Source: Corallochytrium limacisporum Hawaii (lineage: Eukaryota > Protista > Pluriformea). From it: DNA of 48,322 nucleotides. Positions 1-11,908 of this stretch are shown here, piece after piece. The notes under the pieces were generated by a model, which saw only the letters and a program-made list of their open reading frames with translations, made no database searches and had not been told where the DNA came from. The stretch lies in assembly GCA_002811645.1 (NCBI GenBank), contig PDIP01000100.1, positions 38,220 through 86,541 of the forward strand, written 5' to 3'. The stretch's first letter is position 1. Each line of letters starts with the position of its first letter. The position numbers and the translations under genes were made by a program.

Positions 1-1
1 A

Positions 2-382
2 TTCCTGGCCTTTGACGGCACACCTGGCCTGCAGATCCAGCGTGCAGATGGCACTTGGTTCAGTCCCAAGAACGTCACTCGGGACACGATCGTTATTAAC
101 CAGGGTGACTTTGTTAAGCGTGTTACCAACGGCAAATACCGTTCCATGATGCACAGAGTGCACAACCCCGCGGGCAAGGAGCGTGTCAGCTTCCCTTTCT
201 TCTTCAACCCCAACTATACGGTGGTCGGTAAGCCCGTCGAAAAGCTCTTGCAACCTGGTGAGCAGCCATTGTATGAACCCATGACTTTTGGAGAACACAT
301 CTTGCACTGCGAGAAAACCATTTGCCGTACCGATCAAGGCCAGATGCCTGACCTGGAAGAACTGGCCCGTGCTGGACAGTAA
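2..382 (+). CDS. Fe(II)/2OG dioxygenase (IPNS/DIOX family), array copy A; 5'-truncated by window edge
   Basis: Frame open from position 2 (FLAFDGTPGLQIQ...NQGDF...NGKYRSMMHRV...ERVSFPFFFNP); collinear with the 3' third of 1317..2414; distal His and RxS present. Confidence 0.92.
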   Translation, partial: FLAFDGTPGLQIQRADGTWFSPKNVTRDTIVINQGDFVKRVTNGKYRSMMHRVHNPAGKERVSFPFFFNPNYTVVGKPVEKLLQPGEQPLYEPMTFGEHILHCEKTICRTDQGQMPDLEELARAGQ

Positions 383-1316
383 GCCATTGTGTCCACGCCC
401 CGCAAAACCACTCGGAAGGCAGTGCTGATCATCACCTGAGTGTTTGCGAAAACTCAATATGCCCCTTAGCCTCAGTTTATGAATAGAAAGAAAACCCGGC
501 TTGGGGAGGATGGCCGAACTTCCTCCCCCTTCCCAGTAAAATTTCTTCCCCCTTTACTCGTGCTTCCTACAACGGCAGCGCATGTAGCACCAAAAAATCT
601 CGCAACTTTCGTTTTGCAGCGCCCGTCTGCCTCACCTCCTCCTCCCCAAACCCTGCCCCCTGCCATGGGGAGAAAGAGAGAGAGAGACAGAGTCAAAGTG
701 ATCGGCGCTAAACACTTCGCCTGCAAAGTTTCGAATATTCTTTTCCTCTCTTCGCGGCGTAGCCCAGACCGCAAACCCCCCCCCCCCGGGGGGGAGGATT
801 CCCTTTCTCTCTCTCTCTTTCCTCTTCTCACATTTTCTTCCTTCTCCCTCTGGAAGCCCAATGTCTGGGTACCTTTAGGCTCTCGTGAGTAGTAAATTGC
901 CGATGGGTTTCACGCGGGTCTTTCGGAATCGATCGCTCCCCCCCCCCCTTCCCCCTTCCCTTCAGCACCGGCAGCTTAACCGTACACAGGTTCCTTTTGC
1001 TAACTGTTTACCTAAGAGGGGCGGGCCAGGTGGCGCTACGCATCCCTGTTAGCTACCACTTCATCAGAGCGCTGATTGACCGCAAGTATGAATACAAAAA
1101 CTACGATTGTTGGGCCGACCAGATGCTTCATACGCACATGCTTTGATGCCATTCTATTTCCTTCGATTCAGAAGCGTGCCTACCTCCGTTGCACCTAGAG
1201 AGCTTGCTGCGGGATGGAGGAGGACAGCATCTGATCCGGTACTTAACGGCTCAGACTTCAACCATTGCATCACAAACTGACACGTTGCTTGCTAGGCTTG
1301 AACGGTCTAAACGAAA

Positions 1317-2414
1317 ATGAAAATGGTTGCTCAAGACAAATTCCTCAACTCTGAGCTTGCTGCCTGCCTGTCTTTGAAGGGCATCGATGAGGTGGAGGCG
1401 CTGCGCAAGACAAGCGCCTTTGAGAATCTTGTTGACCCTGAGGAAGACACGATTCCTTGCTTGGATCTAGAATGGGCGTTTGCGTCAAAAGCCAACAAGT
1501 TGCAAGCAGCTAAGGAATTACACGTTGCCATGCGGGATATTGGTTTCATGTGCGTAAAGAACCACGGTGTCGACCCTTACTTGAAAGATCAGATGGAATC
1601 TAATGCCCGCGAGTTTTTCCACCTTCCCGAGGAAATCAAAGCGCAGTATGCCGACAAGCAATTTTATCGAGGGTGGATGAAGCGCTTCTTTGAAACCATT
1701 GGCACCGGAGCTTACCGAGACGTCAAGGAAAGCTACGGGGCGCCCACTTTTCCAGACGATCTTCAGGAGCTGTGGGTCAGAGAAATCCCAGACTTCCAGT
1801 CCACTGTCCTTCGTTACATAGACAGCGTCCGTCGCAGTGGCTTCAAGATGAATCGACTCATGGCCTTGTCGCTTGGTCTGGACGAAGAATACTTCAACCG
1901 TGAGCTATTTTGGAACGGTCTTGGCTTCGGCAATGAGTTTATGCGTCTGAACTACTACCCAGAAAAGCTGCATTCAAACTGCGAGAAAGGAACATTCGGC
2001 CTTGGACAGCACACAGACTTTGGATGGATAACATTCCTGGCCTTTGACGGCACACCTGGCCTGCAGATCCAGCGTGCAGATGGCACTTGGTTCAGTCCCA
2101 AGAACGTCACTCGGGACACGATCATTGTCAACCAGGGTGACTTTGTTCAGCGGGTCACGAACGGTAAGTACCGTTCTACCATGCACAGAGTGCACAACCC
2201 CGCGGGCAAAGAGCGTATCAGCTTCCCGTACTTCTTCAATCCCAACTACAATGTAATTGGTAGGCCCATCGAAAAGCTCTTGGAACCTGGAGAGCAGCCC
2301 ATATACGAATCTATGAGCTTTGGAGAGCACATCTTGCACTGCGAGAAAACCATTTGCCGTACTACTCATGGCCAGATGCCCGACCTGGATGAGCTGGCCT
2401 GTGCTAAACAGTAG
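1317..2414 (+). CDS. Fe(II)/2OG dioxygenase (DIOX_N + 2OG-FeII_Oxy), copy B
   Basis: IPCLDL...GFMCVKNHGV N-terminal motif, RLNYYP, HTD...H facial triad, RxS (ERISF). The start may be Met 1323, as in the paralogues. Confidence 0.95.
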   Translation: MKMVAQDKFLNSELAACLSLKGIDEVEALRKTSAFENLVDPEEDTIPCLDLEWAFASKANKLQAAKELHVAMRDIGFMCVKNHGVDPYLKDQMESNAREFFHLPEEIKAQYADKQFYRGWMKRFFETIGTGAYRDVKESYGAPTFPDDLQELWVREIPDFQSTVLRYIDSVRRSGFKMNRLMALSLGLDEEYFNRELFWNGLGFGNEFMRLNYYPEKLHSNCEKGTFGLGQHTDFGWITFLAFDGTPGLQIQRADGTWFSPKNVTRDTIIVNQGDFVQRVTNGKYRSTMHRVHNPAGKERISFPYFFNPNYNVIGRPIEKLLEPGEQPIYESMSFGEHILHCEKTICRTTHGQMPDLDELACAKQ

Positions 2415-3868
2415 CTGATGGTACGGCCAGCAAATGTAAAACCAGCTAGCCGGCATTTTGTATCGAACGCAATTACCCTCAGCCGATTACAAATTAGATA
2501 GATCCAACTGCCATCCTCAATACACATGGTTTCTACTGGTAACCCCCCATCGAAAGCTCTGCAGCATGAGCCACTGGCTTCAACTGAGTTCGAATTCGAG
2601 GCCCACCCCAAAGATATCGTTGGCAAGAGCTCTCCCATCCCAACGGTTAGATGCCCACTCGCCTTGTTCTTAGGTAAGAAAAGAGGGGAGGGGGAGGGGG
2701 AGGAGGGCCGCGGGGGGCACAGTGTATGAATTCATTCGGACCAGTACTAAACACCATCTGGAGAGCCACACCCAAAAAGAAAAAAAAAGAAAAAAAAAAA
2801 GAAAAAAATTCTGTTGTCCACTCCTATTCCCCTCCCCCCCTCGCTTCTTGACCAGGGGCAAAAAAAAAACTTTTCCTTCCGTTTGGGGGAGTATTACTTC
2901 TGCCCTGGTTAATTCTACAACCCTTAGGCATCTAAGCACCTGAGAAGAACATCTGTGGTCCACCGTCTATAAATACTCGCATGGCAAAGTCTTCGGTGTG
3001 CGCTCTGTGTGTCTCTCTCTCTCTCGTGGTCACTTCCTTACGCGCACGACCAGCACTGTCCTCCAGTGCGCGCCATCCGTGGGTCCGTACAATTGTATGG
3101 GTGCATCGTAGCTCCTTTCTGCAATGTTCCGCTTGCTTTCTTCGGAACGAACCACTCCTACGCCGGGTGCTTATTTGCAACCCCTCCCTCCCGGGACGAA
3201 GAACGTTCAGGCGCCCCGAGGGGGGAAGAGAGAGAGAGCCAGAAACGCGAGAAGGTGGTAGTGGAGAGTGGTGGCGAGGGTGTCGACAACCTCTTTTTTT
3301 CTTTTTCTTTTTTCCTGTGTATCCTCAGCTCCCCTTTTTCCTTTGCTTTGAGACAAAGAATTAGTTTGCTGCGTCATCTCGCAGGTGCCACCACCCCCAG
3401 AAGCCAAGGCCGGTGTGCTGGGGAGGGGTAAGCTTTGGTTTTCCTTTCCCCATTTCGTTCCGCCCGCCCCCCCTCCCTTCCCCAACGTTCGAGCGAATTT
3501 TCGATAGTGAAGCGCTGGAGACGAGATACCCATTGGGCGGCACTCGTCCTCTACCACTGCCGTGTCGTTAGAATATCGGACGTGTCGTTAAGCGCCGCAC
3601 TAAATTCCAATACTGCGCATATTTTGATATCGGCATGCAAAGACAGATCTAATTGCGTCTGTTTGGTTTTCTTGCGCTCGTCTGGGAATGTGCTGTCACG
3701 GCAAATACTTACAACACTTATCCCGGAAGCTGAAGCAGAACGCGGATCGGCATGTAGTTGCAAGCTAGTTAAGGATGTTTACTGGCTAATAAGAAGTTTC
3801 CGACAGGTGATCACTATGTCACAGTAAGATTCAGTGCTTGCCAGACCTCAACCAGACAAAAATTCACT

Positions 3869-4960
3869 ATGGTTGCTGAAGACAAATTCGTTTATGCTGA
3901 GCCTGCCACCCGTCTTTCTCTGGAGGGCGTCGGTGAGGTAGACAAGCTGCGAAAGACCAGCGGTTTCGACCACCTGGTTGATGCGGAGGAAGACACCATT
4001 CCTTGCTTGGATCTGGAGTGGGCCTTTGCGTCTGAGGCCAACAAGTTGCAGACGGCTAAAGAACTGCACACTGTCATGCGGGATATCGGCTTCATGTGCT
4101 TAAAGAACCACGGGATTGACCCTTACCTGAAGGATCAGATGGAATCCATTGCCCGCAAATTCTTCCACCTTCCCGACGAAGTCAAGGAACAGTACGCGGA
4201 TAAACAGTACTTTCGGGGATGGATCAGGCGCTTCAGTGAGATTTTAGGTAAGGGTGACTACCGAGATGTCAAAGAAAGCTTCATGCCTCCCACCTGGGCT
4301 GGTGACTGCCAGGACTTGTGGGTCAAGGAAATCCCGGAGTTCAAGTCTATAGTCCTCCGCTATTTCGACAGTGCCCGAGGCACTGCCTTCAAAGTCAACC
4401 GTCTGATGGCCCTGTCTCTTGGGCTGGATGAGGAGTACTTCAACCGCGAACTGTTTTGGAACGGTCTCGGCTTTGGTGCTGAACTCGTGCGCATGAATTA
4501 CTACCCTGAGAATCTGCGCTCCAACTGTGACAAGGGCACCTTTGGCCTTGGCGAGCACACCGACTTCGGTTGGCTCACATTCCTTGCCTTTGACGGCAAC
4601 CCTGGCCTGCAGATCCAGCATGCCAACGGTAGTTGGTTTAGCCCCAAAAACGTGACGCGGGACATGATTATCCTCAACCAGGGCGACTTTGTCAAGCGTC
4701 TGACCAACGGCAAGTACCGTTCTACTCTGCACAGAGTGCACAACCCGGAGGGAAAGGAGCGCATTAGCTTCCCATACTTCTTCAATCCCAACTACAACGT
4801 GATTGGTAAACCAATTGAGAAGCTCTTGGAACCCGGAGAGAAGCTGGAATACGAGCCCCTCACCTTTGGGCAGCACATTTTGCATTGCAGGACCACCGTA
4901 ATCCGTCCGGACACTGGCAAGATGCCAGACCTGGAGGAACTTGCCCGCTCTGGACCGTAG
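3869..4960 (+). CDS. Fe(II)/2OG dioxygenase, copy C
   Basis: 363 aa with the same motifs (GEHTDFG, LHRV, ERISF). Confidence 0.95.
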   Translation: MVAEDKFVYAEPATRLSLEGVGEVDKLRKTSGFDHLVDAEEDTIPCLDLEWAFASEANKLQTAKELHTVMRDIGFMCLKNHGIDPYLKDQMESIARKFFHLPDEVKEQYADKQYFRGWIRRFSEILGKGDYRDVKESFMPPTWAGDCQDLWVKEIPEFKSIVLRYFDSARGTAFKVNRLMALSLGLDEEYFNRELFWNGLGFGAELVRMNYYPENLRSNCDKGTFGLGEHTDFGWLTFLAFDGNPGLQIQHANGSWFSPKNVTRDMIILNQGDFVKRLTNGKYRSTLHRVHNPEGKERISFPYFFNPNYNVIGKPIEKLLEPGEKLEYEPLTFGQHILHCRTTVIRPDTGKMPDLEELARSGP

Positions 4961-5455
4961 ATCTGTACCTGCCTACCGTTATTTAAACCTACAAACACAA
5001 CATCATCCATCATCATAGCATCAAAAATCAATTTATCTCGACTGTTAATAGACACAAGTTAGCGACCATCATCATTCGTGCTTCCAACGGAGATCCATGT
5101 GCCTTCTTCATCACTACCATTGAACTCATACTGAATGTATTCAACCTCCCCCGCTCCCCTCCCGCCAGGTCCAGTCCGCCAGCTGCCCCAGGGGTCCACG
5201 GCAACCCATCCCAACGCAAGAAGAGGGCTGACTATCGATGAACACTCATCATTACCTCACCTCCCAAGAAGTTAGGTGCAAGTGTTAGACATTGCACAGC
5301 GTACCACCAGTACACAGGTTGCCACGAAGGCGAAATCAATGAAGGGGTGTCAGGCACCGACCCTTGCCATCGCGATAGGCGCACCAAACGGAGAACGAAT
5401 ATGCCTTATCTTGGCGAATGGGATAACGGTGTCAATTTTTCTTCGCTTTCGCTCA

Positions 5456-5458
<3 letters not shown>

Positions 5459-5521
<63 letters not shown>
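5459..5521. repeat. (TC)n microsatellite abutting an assembly gap
   Basis: Perfect TC dinucleotide run. Confidence 0.98.
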
Positions 5522-5607
5522 NNNNNNNNNNNNNNNNNNNNNNNNNNNNNNNNNNNNNNNNNNNNNNNNNNNNNNNNNNNNNNNNNNNNNNNNNNNNNNN
5601 NNNNNNN
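5522..5607. other. Assembly gap (N run)
   Basis: Run of N between two microsatellites. Confidence 1.
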
Positions 5608-5691
5608 GTCTCTGTCTCTGTCTCTGTCTCTGTCTCTGTCTCTGTCTCTGTCTCTGTCTCTGTCTCTGTCTCTGTCTCTGTCTCTGTCTCT
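5608..5691. repeat. (GTCTCT)n hexanucleotide microsatellite, about 14 copies
   Basis: Perfect tandem repeat after the gap. Confidence 0.97.
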
Positions 5692-6319
5692 GTGTCTCAC
5701 TATCCCCTGCTCAGCCCATTCGTTCGTTTCTGGGCCGGTACTTACTGGCACGGCACTGTGTGCGGGGAGGGAGGAGGGAAGTAATTAAAGGAGAGAGAGG
5801 TTGCCTTGCAAAAAAAAAAAAAATGGCGATCTAACGTGCTGGGGAAGCAATACCGCAAAGGAAATAGCTTTTTCCATCTCAGGTCGGAACCTCCCGTCCC
5901 CTCCCGGGGGGGGGGGACCAAGGCCTCCCCCTTCCCCCCTCGACCGTTCTTCTCTTGCCCTGCCTGCCTTTTGCTAGGTCCCTTCGTACGCACCTAAGAG
6001 GCTCGGCCGGACGGAATGCGCACCCACCTCGGCTGCGTTCGAGCGTTGGGAACAGGAATTGGAATCAAACGTACATAGCCACCGCAAGCACTTGGGGATC
6101 AGATCCTCAATCACAACGGATCCTTGACCTTTGTTCTACGTTTACATTCGGTTCGCCTTCGGAACAAGGGCACCTTGAATGTTGCTTGAGAAGTTGGTAC
6201 TATTTTAGGGACTCCGATCTCAATCTATTGAGGGATATTCAAAAATGTATTCGTGCGTCACTGGTCAGAATCTCTGCTTTCTAGAATTGAATGCGTTAGA
6301 TAGTACCACGATATTCAAC

Positions 6320-7408
6320 ATGGTAGCTGAAGACAAGTTTGTAAACTCTGAGCCTGCCACCCGTCTTTCTCTGGAGGGTGTCGGGGAGGTGGACAAGCTG
6401 CGGAAGACAAGTGCCTTTGAGTATCTGATTGATGCAGAGGAAGACACCATTCCGTGCTTGGATCTGGAATGGGCGTTTGCGTCTGAAGCCAACAAGCTGC
6501 AGGCGGCTAAGGAACTGCACGTTGTGATGCGTGATATTGGATTCTTGTGCGTGAAGAACCACGGTATTGATCCGTACCTCAGGGAGCGGGTGGAGTCAAA
6601 TGCCCGCCAGTTTTTTCACCTACCCGACGAGGTTAAGGAGCAATACGCCGGGAAGCAGAACCTTTGTGGGTGGATCAGGCGCTTTGCTGAGTACGTTGCG
6701 GGTGAATATCGGGATGTCAAAGAAGTCTATTGTACCCCAACGGTTGCGAGTGACCTACAGGAACTGTGGGTCACGGAAATCCCGGACTTCCAGTCCGTCA
6801 TCCTCCGCTACATGGACAGCGTTCGCCGCTGTGGCTTCCAAATGAATCGTCTCGTGGCCTTGTCTCTCAATCTAGACCAGGAGTACTTTAACCGTGAACT
6901 GTTCTGGAACGGTCTCGGCTTTGGTCATGAGTTCATGCGCCTGAACTTCTATCCAGAAAACCTGCATTCAAACGCTGAGAAGGGCATCTACGGCCTGGGA
7001 CAACACACCGATTTTGGCTGGCTTACATTTCTTGCTTTTGACGGCAATCCCGGTCTGCAAATTCAGAGTGCAGGCGGTCGTTGGTTCACGCCCAAAAATG
7101 TGACCCGAGATATGGTAGTCATCAATCAGGGTGAGTTTGTCGAGCGATGTACCAACGGCAGATATCGTTCCACGCTGCATCGTGTACACAACCCTTCAGG
7201 TAGGGAACGAATCAGCTACCCAGTCTTCTTCAATCCGAACGCCTACGTAGTTGGTAAGCCCATAGAAAAGCTTCTGGCACCTGGAGAAGAGCCGAAGTAC
7301 AAAGCTCTGACATTTGACGAACACATCAAGGAGAGGCAGCGTGCCATCATCCGCACAAACGAGGGCAAAGTGCCTGGAGAGGAAGAATTGGCCCGTAGTG
7401 AGCAGTAG
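6320..7408 (+). CDS. Fe(II)/2OG dioxygenase, copy D
   Basis: Start placed at MVAEDKF (ttcaacATGG) by comparison with paralogues; HTD/H/RxS intact. Confidence 0.94.
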   Translation: MVAEDKFVNSEPATRLSLEGVGEVDKLRKTSAFEYLIDAEEDTIPCLDLEWAFASEANKLQAAKELHVVMRDIGFLCVKNHGIDPYLRERVESNARQFFHLPDEVKEQYAGKQNLCGWIRRFAEYVAGEYRDVKEVYCTPTVASDLQELWVTEIPDFQSVILRYMDSVRRCGFQMNRLVALSLNLDQEYFNRELFWNGLGFGHEFMRLNFYPENLHSNAEKGIYGLGQHTDFGWLTFLAFDGNPGLQIQSAGGRWFTPKNVTRDMVVINQGEFVERCTNGRYRSTLHRVHNPSGRERISYPVFFNPNAYVVGKPIEKLLAPGEEPKYKALTFDEHIKERQRAIIRTNEGKVPGEEELARSEQ

Positions 7409-8849
7409 GTTCAATATCCTTCCAGTCCGGAAAAGAGAATAGAATACTTACCACACCATCCATATATCCCATCATGTCAGACACCAACAGCCTGCCCCAT
7501 CAGCCAACATTGGATCACCATTAAAGCAACATCATCTTCCCATCACCACTCCGATAAAGGAGTACTGTCTTCCACGGTCTTCTCGCTTAAAGCAGCTGCA
7601 GTCATATGATGACCACCTAAGGTTATGACGTTGAGCCCCCCAGTGAGCAGAGTCACCCGTGACTCCTCGACAAGCCTTTGCTGCCCGAGCCACTTCCTGC
7701 CTACCATAACGGTCATGAAATTATCCCATTTGGATGCATCAGTCCCTCCGGTGAGTCGACGCGCAATCCCCCCTTTCGCCTGGTTGTTCCGCTATACAGG
7801 AAAGGAGAGCTTCAGTTCTCACAGCCGTAGAAGAGATGGAGGAGGGAGGGGGGGGGGAAGAGGAGGAGAACGGCATTGGCGGCTGCCCGGTTCACAGGCC
7901 ACCTCTGACGAAAAACTTTGGGGTGGATATCATTCTCACAGCGCCGTTTTTACTGCAAACATTCCTTAACCTTCGTACTCAAGGAAAGAAAAAAAAAATA
8001 GGGGAAAAAAATTACGGGGATACCAGCCCCGTATTTCTTTCCTGCACAACAGACTCAATCACTAAACCTTTCAATCTCTCCAGGACATTCCCTGTTGACG
8101 CCGCTTTCCTTTCGCAGGCCTCTCAGTCGCTGTCGTTGCTATTCAGTTGTCTCATTCTTTTCTCTGGACCGTGATTCTGCCGAAGATAATCTCTTACACC
8201 TTAAATACCCCCCCAAACCCCCCTTTTACCAGGCCAAAGGCCCTGAATACCCAAGAGAGAGAGAGAAAGGAGGGGGGGGGGAGATCTCCCTTTCCTTCGT
8301 ATGGAACTTGGGATCTCTCAGTCTTTCTGTCTCTTCCTCTCTCCCGCTTCCCACTCGGGCAGAGAGGGGGGGGGGAGGTGTTTGTGTGTAAGGTCCCCCG
8401 CTGTATCTCTACCACGGGGCGAGGAGCGTTGCCCAAAGAATTTGGGGTGGGACAGAGGGAGGCCAGAGAAACATGTCTTAGTGGTAGCAGAGTTGTGGAC
8501 AGCTGCACATTCCTCTCTTGTCAAGTCGCGCAGGTTGGCTCTACCAGTGCTGGCCACCTCCCCACCACCGTTTCGCTTCGTTTGATTGCCTTATCCAGGA
8601 CTGGCCTGCCCACTGAGGGCCGTGCCTCTGCCGTATTAAAAATTTCCAGGGTAGCGCGCCACCCGTAATACTTCAAGTGGGTGAGGTGGGGGGATAAGGT
8701 GAATTGCATAAGGTATGGGTCACATGAGCCAACCCAGGCAATTCATCGGGCAACCATCATCTCAAGTCATTTTTTGGTTCCCAGAGTATGTGTATTGACA
8801 ATTTCTATGTGTTTAGTGTGAAACCGTAGGAACAGATTCTCGAGACTGG

Positions 8850-8856
8850 TATAAAT
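8850..8856 (+). promoter_or_regulatory. Putative TATA box of copy E
   Basis: TATAAAT about 110 nt upstream of ATG 8967; similar spacing at copy F and the histone genes. Confidence 0.4.
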
Positions 8857-8966
8857 TGATCACAGATCCCAAAGTGACGCTGAGGCGCGGTCGTCGTCTT
8901 TGATCAGTATGCCGCAGGTACGATAACAGTGCGCTCCAGGCTTCACCCTAGTAAGAAATATTCAGC

Positions 8967-10058
8967 ATGGTTGCCGAACACAAATTTGTCAACTCTGAGG
9001 CTACTTCTTGTCTGTCTCTGGAAGGATTCGATGCGGTGGACAAGCTGCGCAAAACCAGCGCCTTCGAACATCTGGTTGATGCGCAGAAGGACACCATTCC
9101 TTGTCTGGATCTGGAATGGGCATTTGCGTCCGAAGCAAACAAGCTGCAGACAGCTAAAGAATTGCATGCTGTTATGCGGGACATTGGCTTCTTGTGCTTG
9201 AAGAACCATGGCATTGACCTCGCCCTCAAAAATCGGGTGGAGTGTAATGCTCGCAGATTTTTCAACCTTCCCGACGAGATTAAGGAGCGGTATGCCGATA
9301 AGCAGCCTTTCCGGGGCTGGATGAAGCGTTTCTGCGAGGTTATTGGTACTGGGGAGTATCGAGATGTCAAAGAAAGCTATTTAGCGCCCGTTCTTGCCGT
9401 TGACCTACAGGAATTATGGGTTACGGAGATTCCAGACTGGCAGTCAACTATCCACCACTACATGGACAATGTCCGCCGGACATGCTTCAAGTTGCATCGC
9501 CTCATGGCCTTGTCCCTTGGGCTGGATGAGGAATATTTCAACCGCGAGCTATTCTCGAACGGTGTTGGCTGTGGTCATGAGCTCATCCGCATAAATTACT
9601 ACCCGGAGAATCTTCACTCCAACGCCGATAGGGGTACTTTTGGTCTCGGTGAGCACACTGACTTTGGCTGGCTCACATTCCTTGCCTTCGATGGCAACCC
9701 AGGTCTGCAGATTCAAGACGCCAACGGCAGTTGGTTCAGCCCCACAAACGTTACGCGGGATATGATCATCGTCAACCAGGGTGACTTCGTCAAACATCTT
9801 ACCAACGGCAAGTACCGTTCTACCCTACACCGCGTGCACAATCCGGAAGGAAGGGAACGCATCAGCTTTCCTATCTTCTTCAATCCCAACTACAGTATTG
9901 TTGGAAAGCCCATTGAACAGATCTTGGAACCCGGAGAGGAGCCCAAATACGAAGCTTTGACCTTCGGAAAGCATATCCTTGGTCGAAGGGTTAGTACAAT
10001 CCGTAAAGACATTGGCAAAATGCCGGATCTCGAGGAACTTGCCCGCGGCGTAGAGTAA
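8967..10058 (+). CDS. Fe(II)/2OG dioxygenase, copy E
   Basis: 363 aa; HTD/H/RxS intact. Confidence 0.95.
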   Translation: MVAEHKFVNSEATSCLSLEGFDAVDKLRKTSAFEHLVDAQKDTIPCLDLEWAFASEANKLQTAKELHAVMRDIGFLCLKNHGIDLALKNRVECNARRFFNLPDEIKERYADKQPFRGWMKRFCEVIGTGEYRDVKESYLAPVLAVDLQELWVTEIPDWQSTIHHYMDNVRRTCFKLHRLMALSLGLDEEYFNRELFSNGVGCGHELIRINYYPENLHSNADRGTFGLGEHTDFGWLTFLAFDGNPGLQIQDANGSWFSPTNVTRDMIIVNQGDFVKHLTNGKYRSTLHRVHNPEGRERISFPIFFNPNYSIVGKPIEQILEPGEEPKYEALTFGKHILGRRVSTIRKDIGKMPDLEELARGVE

Positions 10059-11806
10059 ATCCGGGTCCGTAGTTTATCAAAAACACACATTCAAACACAG
10101 CATGATTCACTGTCCATACCCGATCACTAGATAACATTAGCATTATCCTACATTACATGATTAGCGATACATCATGACTCTATGGCCTTTCTTGCTGACA
10201 TATTGCGAGAGTCTAACCGCACCCTGAAGCAGACGTGTATGGACGGTCCGGACGGGAACTGCCCAGACTTGGTGAGATGGACTGCTTCTTTCGGAAATGA
10301 ATTGGGGCACACGGTTTGTCTGCATTCCTGGTCGGAGATGGTAAGCACCTTTGTCCTGAGAGTTTACTGATAATCCTCACCATTTGGTGAGAGCATGCAC
10401 CATGGATCTATGTCTTGCGTTCATGCGGGCTCCCAGTCAACACTACCGCCCCGTCTTCTCCAGGACTACCCCTTCCGTCGAACTTTTTGGTTTCAGATGT
10501 TTTCCCTTAGCCACGCGGTACACAGCCTCTTGGGTGCCTCAGTGGTCTCATTCTTACGCGAAAAACCCACACCTCAGTCCACCTTCACACAGCTGTCAGC
10601 TCGCAAAAGAAAAAAGAGAAACCAGGGAAAGGGCGGGCAACACAAGACACTCCGGAGTTTATAGCGACAAAAGTGGAGGGCGCGGTGTGCGAAATGGCCC
10701 GTCAGAGGTAGCCGGGGAGGGGGGAGGGGTGAGGAGAGGCGGTGAGAGGTTCCATTAGCCAAACGGGCAGGGCGGCTCCCCCCTTCTCTACCCGACCGAA
10801 CCGAAAACATTTCCTTCCCGCGCAGCCACGTAGTTTTATTCTTAGTTGCTGAGGTCACCCGCCTCCAGGACCTCGCCCTTGCTTTGCGGGTTCACTTTGC
10901 CGAGCCCCCCCCCCCCTCCTCCCTCCCTCCTTTCTTGTCACCGAAGCTGCAAAACCGTGAAAAGCCGCCCAGATCAGCTGGAACGCTTGGCGTCAGTCCC
11001 GCAAACGTGCCTAAGTTATTAACAGGTACGGGTCCAGGCTATTATTAAACCTCGTCCCGTCTTTTTTCGTTAGTTTTGTTTTTGTCCTGTTCATCTTCAA
11101 CTCCGCAACACCACCGGCGGTTAGGACTGTACTAAAAAAAAATACCGAGTGGCTTGTCCCGCCAAAGGCGAGACCTTCCAAACGGGCGGCACGAAGAGAG
11201 AGACGAGAGACCCCTCCGGTGCGCACGTAGAACGAAGGGAAGGTTTCCCCCCCTCCTCCTCCTCGGGGACCCAGGGTCCCTGTTTGATTTGTGCCTCGAG
11301 CTCTGGGGATGAGACGAGGCGGGTCAAAACCCCTTCAAAACCCCCCCCCCCGGGGGGGCAGCGGAGAGCCGAAGAGGCGGAGTAAAGGAGAAGAGAGAGG
11401 GGGGGTAGATCGAAGTCATCGATCCTTTTGCCCCGAAAACAAGAAAAAAAAAAAGGTGAGATAAAAAGGATTTCGTTCCCGGGAATACTTCGGTTTGCGA
11501 TTCCGTCGCAGACGCGCTAGCCCGACCCCCCCCCCGGGAGAACCCATCTTCGTGTGAAGCGGGACCCGTACCACGGTCGCACTGGGTTTCCTTTTCCCCG
11601 CTTTGCCCCGTGGCGGTGGGTGACGGGACAATAGGAACTGCTCAGGGACGAGAACGGATGCTGGTGTACTGTACTGATCTGGAATTGTCCACATAGATTG
11701 TGATTTGCAAGGAGCATGAGACATCTATAATTTTGTCCATTTTTGTGGTTTTCCCTGAATTCTTTCTGGTATGTGCCGTATTGGGGACTCCGGTGCTGCG
11801 GGAGAA

Positions 11807-11813
11807 TATAAAT
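11807..11813 (+). promoter_or_regulatory. Putative TATA box of copy F
   Basis: TATAAAT about 96 nt upstream of ATG 11909. Confidence 0.4.
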
Positions 11814-11908
11814 CGCGAGCTATTTGAGGAAACTGCTTTTCCCAATCCCTGCTACGTCTCCGATAAGGATCAATATGCAAAACACAAGTTTTTTTGACTC
11901 TCTTAAAC

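Noticed and set aside
5062-5150. Minus-strand peptide ...WISVGSTNDDGR* resembling transthyretin/HIU hydrolase
   Set aside because: The match is too short, with no HVLD motif upstream and an immediate stop.
5276-5788. ORFs with SLSL/VSVS/RDRD repeats
   Set aside because: Artefacts of microsatellites and the N gap.
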